Origin: an uncultured delta proteobacterium
GTDB lineage: Bacteria; Desulfobacterota; Desulfobacteria; Desulfobacterales; B30-G6
Direction of reading: 5' to 3'
NCBI GenBank assembly: GCA_963823335.1
Contig: CAWGLD010000001.1
Coordinates: forward strand, 1,344,001 to 1,408,000
Length of the DNA stretch: 64,000 nt
The notes under the pieces are model-generated. The model ran no database searches and was not told where the DNA came from. It saw only the letters and a list, made by a program, of their open reading frames with translations. Position numbers and translations under genes: made by a program. Within the stretch, counting starts at the first letter, position 1, and every line of letters starts with the position of its first letter. Positions 21,636 through 31,256 of the stretch are shown piece by piece.

Positions 21636-21770
21636 CAGGGTACGAGGGGGATACAAGGGTTGGAGGGTGGCTAATAGCTATCAGCGAAAGGCACCTAACA
21701 GTCTACAGTCTAAACTGCTAAAAGGCTAATAAGGGTTCGAGAATCCAAGGGTGCATGGGTTTGGCATCCG
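21636..21770. repeat. Degenerate 7-/8-nt periodic intergenic repeats
   Basis: GCTAATA-GCTATCA-GCGAAAG, CTAACAG-TCTACAG-TCTAAAC and GGGTACGAG/GGGTTGGAG/GGGTTCGAG units between convergent genes. Confidence 0.55.
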
Positions 21771-21774
21771 TTGA

Positions 21775-23337
21775 TCAGTCATCAATCAATAAAGAAGTAC
21801 CCGTCATTTCAACCGGCTGAGCCAGTTCCATGATTTCCAGGATGGTGGGGGCGATGTCACACAAGGCACCATCCTTTAACGCCATACGAGTGCGTGCATC
21901 GTCTATCAGAACACATCTCACCCGGCCCACCGTGTGAGCGGTGTAAGGGTTGCCTTCTTCATCTGTCATCTTCTCCGCATTTCCGTGATCTGCCGTAATA
22001 ATGGTCGTCCATTGTTTTTCAAGAAGTTTAAACATGATTTTTTGGACACAAAGATCTATTGTTTCACAAGCCTTTACAGCGGCCGACATGATGCCGGAGT
22101 GACCCACCATGTCCATATTGGCAAAGTTGAGTACAATCAAATCATAGGCGTCGGAGGCAATTCTATCCATGACCTCCTGGGTCACTTCAAGAGCACTCAT
22201 TTCGGGCTTTTGATCATAGGTCGAAACATCTCGAGGTGAGGGTATGAGACAGCGATCTTCCCCCTCAAACGGCTCTTCCCGGCCACCATTGAAAAAGTAA
22301 GTGACGTGGGCGTATTTTTCTGTTTCTGCAATTCTGAGCTGTCGCAGACCATTCTTGCTGATAATCTCACCCAGGATGTTTGTCATATGAACCGGTTCAA
22401 ACGCAATGGGCAGTGAAAATTCTTCGTCAAAGCGGGTCATGCAAGTGTAACCGCAAAGCTCTGGTCGGGGATTCCGCTCAAATTCATTGAAATCCTTCTT
22501 TGTAAAGGCGCCGGTGATTTCTCTGGCGCGATCTGCGCGAAAATTGAAAAAGAGGATACCATCGCCATCTTCTATTGTTCCACGGGGCGTACCGTCTTCT
22601 TTGAGCATCACGATGGGAGTGACAAACTCATCGGTCTCATTTTTTTGGTAGGCCTTGTTTATGGCAACGATGGGGTCGATTTCCCGCACGCCTTGCCCTA
22701 ATGTATATAGGCGGAACGCCTTTTCAATGCGGTCCCATCGCTTGTCCCTGTCCATGGCATAAAACCGTCCGCAGATGGACGCGATGGCACCGACCCCGGA
22801 GGCGTTGATATATGACTGTAGCGTGGAAAGGTATTTGACACCATTGGTGGGCGGGGTATCTCTTCCGTCAAGGATGGCGTGGACGGCCACCTGTTTTACT
22901 TGCCTGCGTCCGGCCATGTCCAGAAGAGCCAGAAGATGGCTCAATTGGCTGTGGACACCCCCGTCGGAAACAAGCCCCATGAGATGAAGTTTCGAACGAT
23001 TTTTCTTGACCTTTTCCATCAGCTGGCCGATGGCCTTGTTCTCAAAAAAGCTGCCGTCTTCGATGGCCTTGTCGATTCGCAGAAGATCCTGATGAACGAC
23101 CCGGCCGGCACCGATATTCAAATGACCGACTTCGGAATTTCCCATGATTTTGTCGGGCAGCCCCACGGCGTTTCCAAAAGTTACCAGTTGCGAACAGGGG
23201 TATTGCGTCTGGATCTTGTTCAAAAAGGGCATATTTGCTTGTGCGACGGCATTCCCCTGTCTGTCTTCGCGCACACCCCATCCATCCAGAATAATCAGCA
23301 TGCAGCGCTTGTGATGTTTCACCTTGTTGCCTTTCAT
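21775..23337 (-). CDS. gpmI: 2,3-bisphosphoglycerate-independent phosphoglycerate mutase
   Basis: LIILDGWG, MGNSEVGH, GRFYAMDRD, AETEKYAHVT, DMVGH; start trimmed to MKGNK. Confidence 0.96.
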   Translation of the reverse strand: MKGNKVKHHKRCMLIILDGWGVREDRQGNAVAQANMPFLNKIQTQYPCSQLVTFGNAVGLPDKIMGNSEVGHLNIGAGRVVHQDLLRIDKAIEDGSFFENKAIGQLMEKVKKNRSKLHLMGLVSDGGVHSQLSHLLALLDMAGRRQVKQVAVHAILDGRDTPPTNGVKYLSTLQSYINASGVGAIASICGRFYAMDRDKRWDRIEKAFRLYTLGQGVREIDPIVAINKAYQKNETDEFVTPIVMLKEDGTPRGTIEDGDGILFFNFRADRAREITGAFTKKDFNEFERNPRPELCGYTCMTRFDEEFSLPIAFEPVHMTNILGEIISKNGLRQLRIAETEKYAHVTYFFNGGREEPFEGEDRCLIPSPRDVSTYDQKPEMSALEVTQEVMDRIASDAYDLIVLNFANMDMVGHSGIMSAAVKACETIDLCVQKIMFKLLEKQWTTIITADHGNAEKMTDEEGNPYTAHTVGRVRCVLIDDARTRMALKDGALCDIAPTILEIMELAQPVEMTGTSLLIDD

Positions 23338-23351
23338 GAAATCGTTACACG

Positions 23352-23427
23352 ATTGAAGAACTTCGCAGCATGCGAAGCACCGCCGAACGGCAGAACCCAC
23401 GGGCAATGCGCTTGTTGCCGCGGTTCA
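23352..23427 (+). repeat. 76-bp MITE/REP-like element, copy A
   Basis: 65/76 identical to the reverse complement of 42943-43018 by manual alignment. Confidence 0.85.
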
Positions 23428-23805
23428 ATTTTCTGTTTCCGGTAACTGCTCTGTCGAGAGTCGTCTGGCATCGATCCAAAGGCCTTCCAGGTCATAAAAG
23501 TTTCGTAAGGACTCGTAAAAGATATGGATAATGACGTCACCGTAATCCATTAAGACCCAGTGCCCCTCTTTTTTCCCTTCGACATTTATGGGCTTTTTAC
23601 CCTTTTTTTTCAAATCCCGCTGAACAAAGTCGGCGATGGCGGTCACCTGGCGGTTCGATCTTCCCGAACAGATAATAAAGACATCGGCAACGGACGTCAA
23701 TTTATGCACATCCAAAATGACGACCTGGTGTGCTTTTCTGCTTAACACAGCTTTGACAAAGGGTTTGATTGCCGGATTCAACGACATGTTATCGGTGTCT
23801 GTCAT
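23425..23805 (-). CDS. rsfS: Ribosome silencing factor RsfS
   Basis: ICSGRSNRQV, WVLMDYGDVIIHIF, FYDLEGLW. Confidence 0.95.
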   Translation of the reverse strand: MTDTDNMSLNPAIKPFVKAVLSRKAHQVVILDVHKLTSVADVFIICSGRSNRQVTAIADFVQRDLKKKGKKPINVEGKKEGHWVLMDYGDVIIHIFYESLRNFYDLEGLWIDARRLSTEQLPETEN

Positions 23806-24467
23806 GCATAGACTCCTTGGTCGTGGATATATGTTTCGACGCTTTCGGGTACCAGAAACCGGATCGATTTTCCCTGCAGAACCCGTTTGCGAATATATGT
23901 GCCGGAAATATCCAGCATGCTGATGCTAAATAGATACACAGGCTGATGTCCATCGTTGCGATAACAGCCATCCTTGGCCGAGAATTGGTAAGCGCTTGAA
24001 ACATTTCTTTGAATAAAGGCGGTCATGTAATCAGATCCGAGGCTGTGTGACCGGTCCTCCGGAAGTGGCCGCGTCAGGATGATCATTGAAAGCATCCGGA
24101 ACAGTTGTTTAAATGATTTCCAGGTATCAATTTCCAGAAACGCATCGACCCCCATAACGAGAAAAAGATCCACATTGGTGTTTAGGCTCTTTTTGAAATG
24201 TTTGACGGTATCGATGGTATAAGAAAAACCGGGACGTTTCAACTCCACATCGGATAGAATGAATTCCGGGTTACCCGCTATGGCAAGCCGTGTCATTTCA
24301 AGGCGGTCTGCAGCCGAGACCACCTCCTTGATATCTTTGTGGGGCGGAAGCGCGGAGGGTATGAAGTACAGTTTTTCCAACTCGAATCCTTCGCACACCT
24401 CCTTTGCAGCACGAAGGTGACCATTGTGTATGGGGTTAAATGTTCCGCCAAACAACCCGATCCGCAT
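23802..24467 (-). CDS. nadD: Nicotinate-nucleotide adenylyltransferase
   Basis: GLFGGTFNPIHNGH, PPHK, SYTIDT, ISGTYIR. Confidence 0.96.
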   Translation of the reverse strand: MRIGLFGGTFNPIHNGHLRAAKEVCEGFELEKLYFIPSALPPHKDIKEVVSAADRLEMTRLAIAGNPEFILSDVELKRPGFSYTIDTVKHFKKSLNTNVDLFLVMGVDAFLEIDTWKSFKQLFRMLSMIILTRPLPEDRSHSLGSDYMTAFIQRNVSSAYQFSAKDGCYRNDGHQPVYLFSISMLDISGTYIRKRVLQGKSIRFLVPESVETYIHDQGVYA

Positions 24468-24470
24468 GGG

Positions 24471-25466
24471 TCAGCTCCTTTCCAGCAGGTTCAGAATGCG
24501 TGATAGCAAATTATCGATGTTCGTGCTCGCCAGTGCGGATATTGACAATACATCGATGTCCCCAATCGCTTCCTTGAAAGACCTGGCTTTTTCTTCGGAT
24601 CCATCCGTGTCCATTTTGTTGAGGACCACCAATTGTTTCCTGGTGGATAGTTCCCTGTTGTGCCTTTCGAGTTCGTGATTGACCGTGGTGTAGGATGACA
24701 GGATATTTTCAGGCTCAAGTGTCGACACATCGATCAGGTGTACCAGTATTCGTGTTCGTTCGATATGGCGTAAAAATTGGGTCCCCAGACCGGCTCCTTC
24801 GTGGGCCCCTTCTATGAGACCGGGAATGTCCGCCACCACAAATGGATCACCCCAATCGGTATACACCACGCCGAGGCTTGGTACCAGGGTTGTAAATGGG
24901 TAGGCGCCAATTTTTGGTTTTGCGGCGGATATCTTGCTGATGAGTGTGGATTTGCCGGCATTGGGAAGACCGATAAGACCGACATCGGCTATGAGTTTGA
25001 GTTCCAGTTTTAATTGAATTGTCTGCCCGGGTTCGCCGGGTTGAGCAAAACGAGGTGTCCGACGGGTGGATGTTTTAAAGTGATGGTTTCCCTGTCCCCC
25101 TCGTCCGCCGGTTGCGGCAACATAGGTTTCGCCGGGGGCAATAAAATCCTTAAGGGTTTCCCCTGTTTCACTGTCGATGATGATGGTTCCGGCGGGGACC
25201 TCTATGAGAATATTGTCCCCTTTTTTTCCGGCTTTCTTTTTTCCCTGACCGCCGGCGCCATTTTTCGCTTTCAGGTGACGTTTGTATCGGAAATCGTAAA
25301 GGGTTCGCTTTCTATGCGATGATTGCAGGATGACATCACCGCCTTTACCCCCATCTCCACCGTCGGGCCCTCCGCGGGGGATGAATTTTTCGCGCCTGAA
25401 ACTAACGCATCCGCTGCCGCCGTCTCCGGACTGTATGGTTATCGTGGCTTCATCGATGAATTTCAC
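24471..25466 (-). CDS. obgE: GTPase ObgE/CgtA
   Basis: [40 protein letters not shown]. Confidence 0.97.
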   Translation of the reverse strand: MKFIDEATITIQSGDGGSGCVSFRREKFIPRGGPDGGDGGKGGDVILQSSHRKRTLYDFRYKRHLKAKNGAGGQGKKKAGKKGDNILIEVPAGTIIIDSETGETLKDFIAPGETYVAATGGRGGQGNHHFKTSTRRTPRFAQPGEPGQTIQLKLELKLIADVGLIGLPNAGKSTLISKISAAKPKIGAYPFTTLVPSLGVVYTDWGDPFVVADIPGLIEGAHEGAGLGTQFLRHIERTRILVHLIDVSTLEPENILSSYTTVNHELERHNRELSTRKQLVVLNKMDTDGSEEKARSFKEAIGDIDVLSISALASTNIDNLLSRILNLLERS

Positions 25467-25717
25467 ACGGCATAAACGCTAACTTTTTTTCGTGATCGGC
25501 CCAATCGTTCATAGGAAACGATACCGTCAATTTTGGCGAACAGTGTGTAGTCTTTACCCAGACCGACATTTTCTCCTGGGTGTATTTTGGTGCCCAGCTG
25601 GCGAACGAGAATGTTCCCTGCGCTGACGATCTGTCCGCCATAGCGCTTAACCCCTCGTCGCTGGCCATTACTGTCGCGACCGTTTTTTGAGCTTCCGCCC
25701 GCTTTTTTATGTGCCAT
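25463..25717 (-). CDS. rpmA: 50S ribosomal protein L27
   Basis: [16 protein letters not shown]. Confidence 0.98.
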   Translation of the reverse strand: MAHKKAGGSSKNGRDSNGQRRGVKRYGGQIVSAGNILVRQLGTKIHPGENVGLGKDYTLFAKIDGIVSYERLGRSRKKVSVYAV

Positions 25718-25787
25718 CTTTAAAGCTCCCTTTTCAACAGCCCAAAAGCTGCTGTTTCTGTTCTATATCAAAAGCATTCGGCCGGTA

Positions 25788-26099
25788 CTAGACCGATATG
25801 TCATCGATTTTGACAGCCGTAAACTGTTGGCGGTGTCCCTGTTTTCTGCGATAACGTTTGCGTCGCTTATACTTGAACACCAGAATTTTCTTGTGTTTTC
25901 CCTGCTCCACGATATGACCGCGAACGACCGCATTTTCCACCAGCGGCTGGCCGATTTCTACACGATCGCCATCGGAAACCATCAGGATATGGTCGAAATC
26001 GATCTGGGATCCAATGTCCCCGGATATTTTTTCGATCTTCAGTGTTTCCCCTTTTTGTACTCTATACTGCTTCCCGCCCGTTGTTACGACAGCGTACAT
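25788..26099 (-). CDS. rplU: 50S ribosomal protein L21
   Basis: MYAVVTTGGKQYRV, GHRQQFT. Confidence 0.98.
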   Translation of the reverse strand: MYAVVTTGGKQYRVQKGETLKIEKISGDIGSQIDFDHILMVSDGDRVEIGQPLVENAVVRGHIVEQGKHKKILVFKYKRRKRYRRKQGHRQQFTAVKIDDISV

Positions 26100-26169
26100 G
26101 CTTGATGCCTCCTATACGAGGCCTGACTACCTGTGCCTCGTGTAAATTGTATCAATTCGAAAAATAGAT

Positions 26170-26198
26170 AATATGATAATTTATTTAAAAAATGTCAA
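26170..26198 (-). promoter_or_regulatory. Putative sigma70 promoter of the rplU operon
   Basis: Minus strand TTGACA-N17-CATATT in an AT-rich context about 70 nt upstream of rplU. Confidence 0.5.
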
Positions 26199-26593
26199 GA
26201 AAAATATTGTGTCGGGACAAGAGAAAATGATTTGAGTTGTCAGAAAACAGCAGGCAATAAAACGTCGTGGTCATCCTTCCGGTCAATCATTTCATTCATA
26301 TCCGTGTTTGATTATATCATTATGCAGACCAATACACTATTTTTCATACGACCGCAAGCATCATGAGACCGTAAGCAGCATTGCCGGGTCGCCCAATCCG
26401 GAGCTTTCAGGGTCAGGGTTCAGCTTTATAGTAATCATAGATCATTAACCTTACAAACAGTATAGATCTGAAAAATTGATATTACGTTTAAAAAATGATA
26501 CGGGATATCATCCAGCAATGGCATGTCTGGATGATATGGACTTTTCCAGTTTAACCCGGAAGTAGACAACACGTGTCAGGAGGGGAATATCTT

Positions 26594-27514
26594 ATGAAAT
26601 CGAGAAGGTCGAATCTGTCTGTGCCGGGCCATATGGAAAAAATGCACTCAAAAGCCAGGGACAGTGCGGTGGATATCGTAATGTTTGATCTTGAAGACAG
26701 TGTGCCCGTGGATCAAAAGAAGACCGCCAGAGCTCAGGTGATTCAATCCCTTCTTGCCTTGGATTGGCGGGATAAGACCGTAACTGTCCGTTGCAATGCG
26801 CTTGACACCCCGTTTGCTTACAGGGACCTCATTGATGTCGTGGAGAACGCCGGTCAGGTGCTGGATGCTGTGGTTGTTCCAAAGGTGAACCATCCGGGCG
26901 ATATTCATTTTGTGCACCGGCTGCTCGAAGGTATCGAGATGAACAAACAGCGCTTGAACCGGGTCGGGATCGAGGCCTCCATCGAAAGTGCTGCCGGTCT
27001 GGAAAATGTATCTCGCACAGCAAAGGCGAGTAATCGCCTGATATCATTGGTATTCGGGATTGCTGACTATTCAGCTTCCATTGGCGCGAGACTGGTATCT
27101 GTTTCAGGGCATGGTGAAGCAGAGACAGATCTTTATCCCGGTCATCGCTGGCACTACCCATTGAGCCGGATCGTTATGGCGGCCAAGGCCAATGCCTTGC
27201 AGGTAATGGATGCGCCTTATGGCAATTTTAAAGATCTGGATGGGTTACGTCGATCCGCTGCCATGGCAAACGCTCTGGGGTGTGATGGTAAATGGGTGAT
27301 TCATCCAGGCCAGATAGAAATTGTCAACGCGGTATTCTCGCCGTCTGCGGAAGAGATCGAACGTGCGCGGATGGTTATCGAGGCATACGATGCGGCTGTA
27401 AAATCGGGGCGTGGTGCTGTATCTTTGGGTGGCAGCGTGGTGGACAGCGCGACGATCCGTATGGCCAGACAGCTCTGGGAACAGGCCAAGTGCCTTGGCT
27501 TATTGAAAAAATAA
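26594..27514 (+). CDS. CitE/malyl-CoA lyase family CoA-ester lyase
   Basis: RRSNLSVPG, FDLEDSV, VVVPKV, IESAAG, FGIADY, GKWVIHPGQI. Confidence 0.88.
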   Translation: MKSRRSNLSVPGHMEKMHSKARDSAVDIVMFDLEDSVPVDQKKTARAQVIQSLLALDWRDKTVTVRCNALDTPFAYRDLIDVVENAGQVLDAVVVPKVNHPGDIHFVHRLLEGIEMNKQRLNRVGIEASIESAAGLENVSRTAKASNRLISLVFGIADYSASIGARLVSVSGHGEAETDLYPGHRWHYPLSRIVMAAKANALQVMDAPYGNFKDLDGLRRSAAMANALGCDGKWVIHPGQIEIVNAVFSPSAEEIERARMVIEAYDAAVKSGRGAVSLGGSVVDSATIRMARQLWEQAKCLGLLKK

Positions 27515-27527
27515 AACAAGCAATATC

Positions 27528-27572
27528 AGGCTGTAGGCTGTTAGCTGCTAACAGCCTGAAAGCCTACAGTCT
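27528..27572. repeat. Heptamer-unit palindrome between convergent genes (possible terminator)
   Basis: AGGCTGT-AGGCTGT-TAG-CTG-CTAACAG-CCTGAAAG-CCTACAG-TCT. Confidence 0.65.
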
Positions 27573-27575
27573 ATG

Positions 27576-29222
27576 TTATCCGCTGAATTGCTTGCGAAGC
27601 ACTTTCTTGTCCAATTTTCCCACACTGGTTTTGGCGATGCTTTCGACAAATTCGTATCGATCTGGAACGCCATATTTGGGTAATTTACCCTGTTTTGCAA
27701 ATTCCAGCATATAGGTCTTGAAATCACCCGCCGATACTCTACCCCTGTATTCAGGTTTCAGGGTGACGATCATCATGGGGCGTTCACCCCATTTTTTGTC
27801 AGGGATGCCGATAGCTGCAGATTCCAGAACGGCCTCGTGTTGACTCATGATATTCTCCAGGTCAAGGGAGGAGACCCATTCTCCGCCGCTTTTGATGACA
27901 TCTTTTATCCTGTCCGTTATCTGAAGGTATCCATTTTCATCCATATACCCGACATCGCCGCTATGGAGCCAGCCTTTTTGCCATAGTTCTTTTGTTTTGT
28001 CCGGAGCCTTATAGTAGCTCTGAGTGAGCCAGGGTGACCGCATGACCACCTCACCCGTTGTCACACCGTCGTGCGGGAGTCTCCGGCCGTCTGCATCCAC
28101 GACCTCGACTTCAGCCAGGGGCAGGGGCTTTCCGGTTTTGGTTATGATATTCAAGTGTCTGTCACCTTCCCAGTTGAGCATGGATTCGTTGGGTGTTGCC
28201 GTGGTCATGACGGGTCCGGTCTCCGACATCCCGTAGCCGGCATGAATTTCGATACCGAGTTCCATGGCTTGTCTGGCCAGACCTTTGGGGAGTTGCGACC
28301 CTCCCATGACCACTTTCCAGTTTGACAGATCGACCTTTTTTGCCATGGGGCTCGTGATGATCATCTGCAGAACCGTGGGGACGCAATGAGAAAAGGTGAC
28401 CTTTTCAGTTTCGATCAGTCTGAGTAATTTTCCCGGTTCATAGGGACCCGGATAGACCTGTTTGGCGCCCATCAGCGTTGCCACAAAGGGAAATCCCCAG
28501 GCATGGACATGGAACATGGGTGTCAGGGGCATGTAAACATCGTTTGAACGGAAGCGGGCAATGGTGTGGTAGGCGCTGGAGATGATGCAGACGGACAGCG
28601 CGTGAAGAACCAGTTGCCGATGCGAATAATAAACACCCTTGGGATCGCCTGTGGTACCGGTGGTATAAAATGTCGTGGCTTTCGTATTTTCGTCCAGGTC
28701 GGGAAATTCATAGGATGGTGAAGCCGAAGCAAGCATTTCCTGGTAGTCGGCGTCTATCAAAAGATCCGTGTTTAAAGACGCAGTCTCTTCTTTTATGACG
28801 ACAAGGGTTTTTACATGCGCCAGCTGGTCTCGAACAGTCTCGATGACAGGCAGAAAATCGGCATGGGTTATTATGGTTTTGGCTTCGGCATGGTTGATGG
28901 TATAAACGATCTGTTCGGAGGAGAGCCGCCAGTTTACGGTCTGTAGAACCGCGCCCATCATGGGAATGGCAAAGAAGCACTCCAGGTACCGCGGGCTGTC
29001 ATAATCGAGTACGGCAACCACGTCGCCGTGTTGAACGCCCAGTCCGTGGAGACCACCGGCAAGACATTGAATTCGATCGTTCAGGTCCTTGTAGGTATAG
29101 CGTGTTCCGTCACTGTATACGATCTCTTTTTCAGGTGCATAGATGAGAGGGGTCTTGAGCAGTTTCTTGAGGATCAGAGGATATGCGTAGCTTTCACCTG
29201 GTTGGTAGATTTTTTTATTCAT
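27576..29222 (-). CDS. Fatty-acid--CoA ligase (AlkK/FACL-like)
   Basis: YTTGTTGDPKG, PMFHVHAWG, GYGMSE, GWLHSGD, DRIKDVIKSGGEW. Confidence 0.92.
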   Translation of the reverse strand: MNKKIYQPGESYAYPLILKKLLKTPLIYAPEKEIVYSDGTRYTYKDLNDRIQCLAGGLHGLGVQHGDVVAVLDYDSPRYLECFFAIPMMGAVLQTVNWRLSSEQIVYTINHAEAKTIITHADFLPVIETVRDQLAHVKTLVVIKEETASLNTDLLIDADYQEMLASASPSYEFPDLDENTKATTFYTTGTTGDPKGVYYSHRQLVLHALSVCIISSAYHTIARFRSNDVYMPLTPMFHVHAWGFPFVATLMGAKQVYPGPYEPGKLLRLIETEKVTFSHCVPTVLQMIITSPMAKKVDLSNWKVVMGGSQLPKGLARQAMELGIEIHAGYGMSETGPVMTTATPNESMLNWEGDRHLNIITKTGKPLPLAEVEVVDADGRRLPHDGVTTGEVVMRSPWLTQSYYKAPDKTKELWQKGWLHSGDVGYMDENGYLQITDRIKDVIKSGGEWVSSLDLENIMSQHEAVLESAAIGIPDKKWGERPMMIVTLKPEYRGRVSAGDFKTYMLEFAKQGKLPKYGVPDRYEFVESIAKTSVGKLDKKVLRKQFSG

Positions 29223-29354
29223 GGGAGAATTCCTGTCTTTGACAGCGTTGTATGTGCATGGTATCCTAAAAAATATTTAAAAAATGTCTTTTGGCCCAAT
29301 CTCTGTGTTGGAAGTATATCATATTCAAAATAAATTTCCAGAGGCAGATACACC

Positions 29355-30269
29355 ATGCGAGACCCATTTCAGGATATCGTGATGCAGATCAGCGCCATCG
29401 TTCTCGGTAAAGAGGATCAGATTCGCCTGGCGCTGACATGCCTTTTTGCCAGGGGTCATCTGCTGATAGAAGACATTCCGGGTATTGGGAAAACAACCCT
29501 GGCAAAAGCGCTTTCAAAATGTCTTGGGCTCCAGTTTCGTCGGGTCCAGTTTACGAGCGACATGTTGCCGGGCGATATCCTGGGAACCTCTATCTTCGAT
29601 CGAAAACAGAGCGCGTTTCTTTTTCATCCCGGTCCTATTTTTACGCAGGTGCTTCTGGCGGATGAAATAAACCGCGCCACTCCGAAAACCCAGAGCGCTC
29701 TACTGGAGGCAATGGAGGAACAGCAGGTTACCATCGAAGGGGAAACGCGTGGGCTCGGGAGTCCATTTTTTGTGATTGCCACCCAGAACCCTCTGGAACA
29801 GTATGGCACGTTTCCCCTGCCTGAATCCCAGCTGGATCGTTTTCTGATGCGTATCGATCTGGGATATCCGGACAGAGCGGCCGAGAAAAAATTGCTCAGA
29901 AGCGAGAATGTCAGGGATCGCCTGACAAACATGCCAGCCTGCATTCTGTCAGAAGATGTTCTGGAAATTCAGCAACGAATCGGTGGTGTACACATTTCCG
30001 ATGCACTACTTAATTATGTTCAGGACATATTGGCGTTTACCCGGACGTCAACCCATTTTCACATTGGGCTTTCGCCCAGAGCCGGAATGGCGATTACACA
30101 GGCTGCTCGGTCCTGGTCGTACATCAGTGGCCGCGACTACATTCTCCCTGAAGATGTTCAAAAAATTTTGCCATGGGTGGTGGGGCATCGATTACGGGCC
30201 AAAGAAAATCTCGAGGAGATACCCCGTCAACGGCTGGCAACCATCCTTGCAGAAGTTCCCATACCTTAA
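29355..30269 (+). CDS. MoxR family AAA+ ATPase
   Basis: LIEDIPGIGKT, LADEINRATPKTQSALLEAM, FPLPESQLDRF. Confidence 0.95.
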   Translation: MRDPFQDIVMQISAIVLGKEDQIRLALTCLFARGHLLIEDIPGIGKTTLAKALSKCLGLQFRRVQFTSDMLPGDILGTSIFDRKQSAFLFHPGPIFTQVLLADEINRATPKTQSALLEAMEEQQVTIEGETRGLGSPFFVIATQNPLEQYGTFPLPESQLDRFLMRIDLGYPDRAAEKKLLRSENVRDRLTNMPACILSEDVLEIQQRIGGVHISDALLNYVQDILAFTRTSTHFHIGLSPRAGMAITQAARSWSYISGRDYILPEDVQKILPWVVGHRLRAKENLEEIPRQRLATILAEVPIP

Positions 30270-30338
30270 TTTAAATTCATCCCGCGCTGCAGCGCAGGCT
30301 GAATTTAAATATGAAAGAACGATTTTATTCTATTAGAA

Positions 30339-31256
30339 ATGCCAACCAATTCTACAGTCAAAACAATAGGTGATTTCAGCCGCCCCAATAAAAATGGTCG
30401 GATCCGGTGGTTCCCCACACGCTACGGCTGGCTCTTTGTGGCTGCTCTTTTAGGCATGCTGATGGGGTCCATCAATTATAACAACAACCTTGGATTTCTT
30501 TTTACCTTTCTGCTGGGAAGCATATTGCTGGTCTCTCTCGTTCACAGCTATCGAAACATTCGAGGGATAGCTGTGAAAGAGATTCTGGCCCTGCCTGTAT
30601 TCGAGGCCCAAGACGCCATCTTTGAACTGAAATTGCGTTTATTGCCAAAGCAGCGCATGGCTCTTCGTTTCAGCCTGGATGACAGTCAAGAGGTCATGGT
30701 GGGTACGATACAGGGTTCTTGTGCCCGGGTTTCGGTCGCCCTGCCGGCCAGGAAAAGAGGGCGCGTTTCGCCGAGGGAATTGACCATTGTTTCTGAATAC
30801 CCTTTCGGGCTGTTTGCTTTCCGCACAACCTGCCAAGTTGATGGCGATTGTCTGGTATATCCCAAACCGGTCCCCATGCAAAAACTATCCATGCAGGATC
30901 TTTTTCAGGCCCATTCCGCCGAGGGTGTCGCCCGGGAAAGTGCCGAGGATTTCAAGGGCTTGCGAACGTTTCAAAATGGGGATGCTATCCAGCATATCTT
31001 CTGGAAGGCATTTTCAAAGGGCCAGGGCCTGATGGTCAAGGAATTTATGGGCAGCACCTCTCCTTGTCTGTGCTTCAGTTGGGATAAAATCAAACCGGCC
31101 CATGTGGAGAAGAAACTATCAATGTTATGCGGAATGGTGCTCAAGGCCCACGGGATGAAACTGAAATACGGCATCCGTCTTCCTGGTCACCTGATTGCCC
31201 CGGACAAGGGCGCCCATCACAAACACGCATGTCTGCGCGCACTGGCCTTATTCTGA
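30339..31256 (+). CDS. DUF58 family membrane protein
   Basis: PTRYG, SINYNNNL, YPFGLF, LVYPKP, DFKGLRTFQNGD; typical MoxR partner. Confidence 0.88.
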   Translation: MPTNSTVKTIGDFSRPNKNGRIRWFPTRYGWLFVAALLGMLMGSINYNNNLGFLFTFLLGSILLVSLVHSYRNIRGIAVKEILALPVFEAQDAIFELKLRLLPKQRMALRFSLDDSQEVMVGTIQGSCARVSVALPARKRGRVSPRELTIVSEYPFGLFAFRTTCQVDGDCLVYPKPVPMQKLSMQDLFQAHSAEGVARESAEDFKGLRTFQNGDAIQHIFWKAFSKGQGLMVKEFMGSTSPCLCFSWDKIKPAHVEKKLSMLCGMVLKAHGMKLKYGIRLPGHLIAPDKGAHHKHACLRALALF

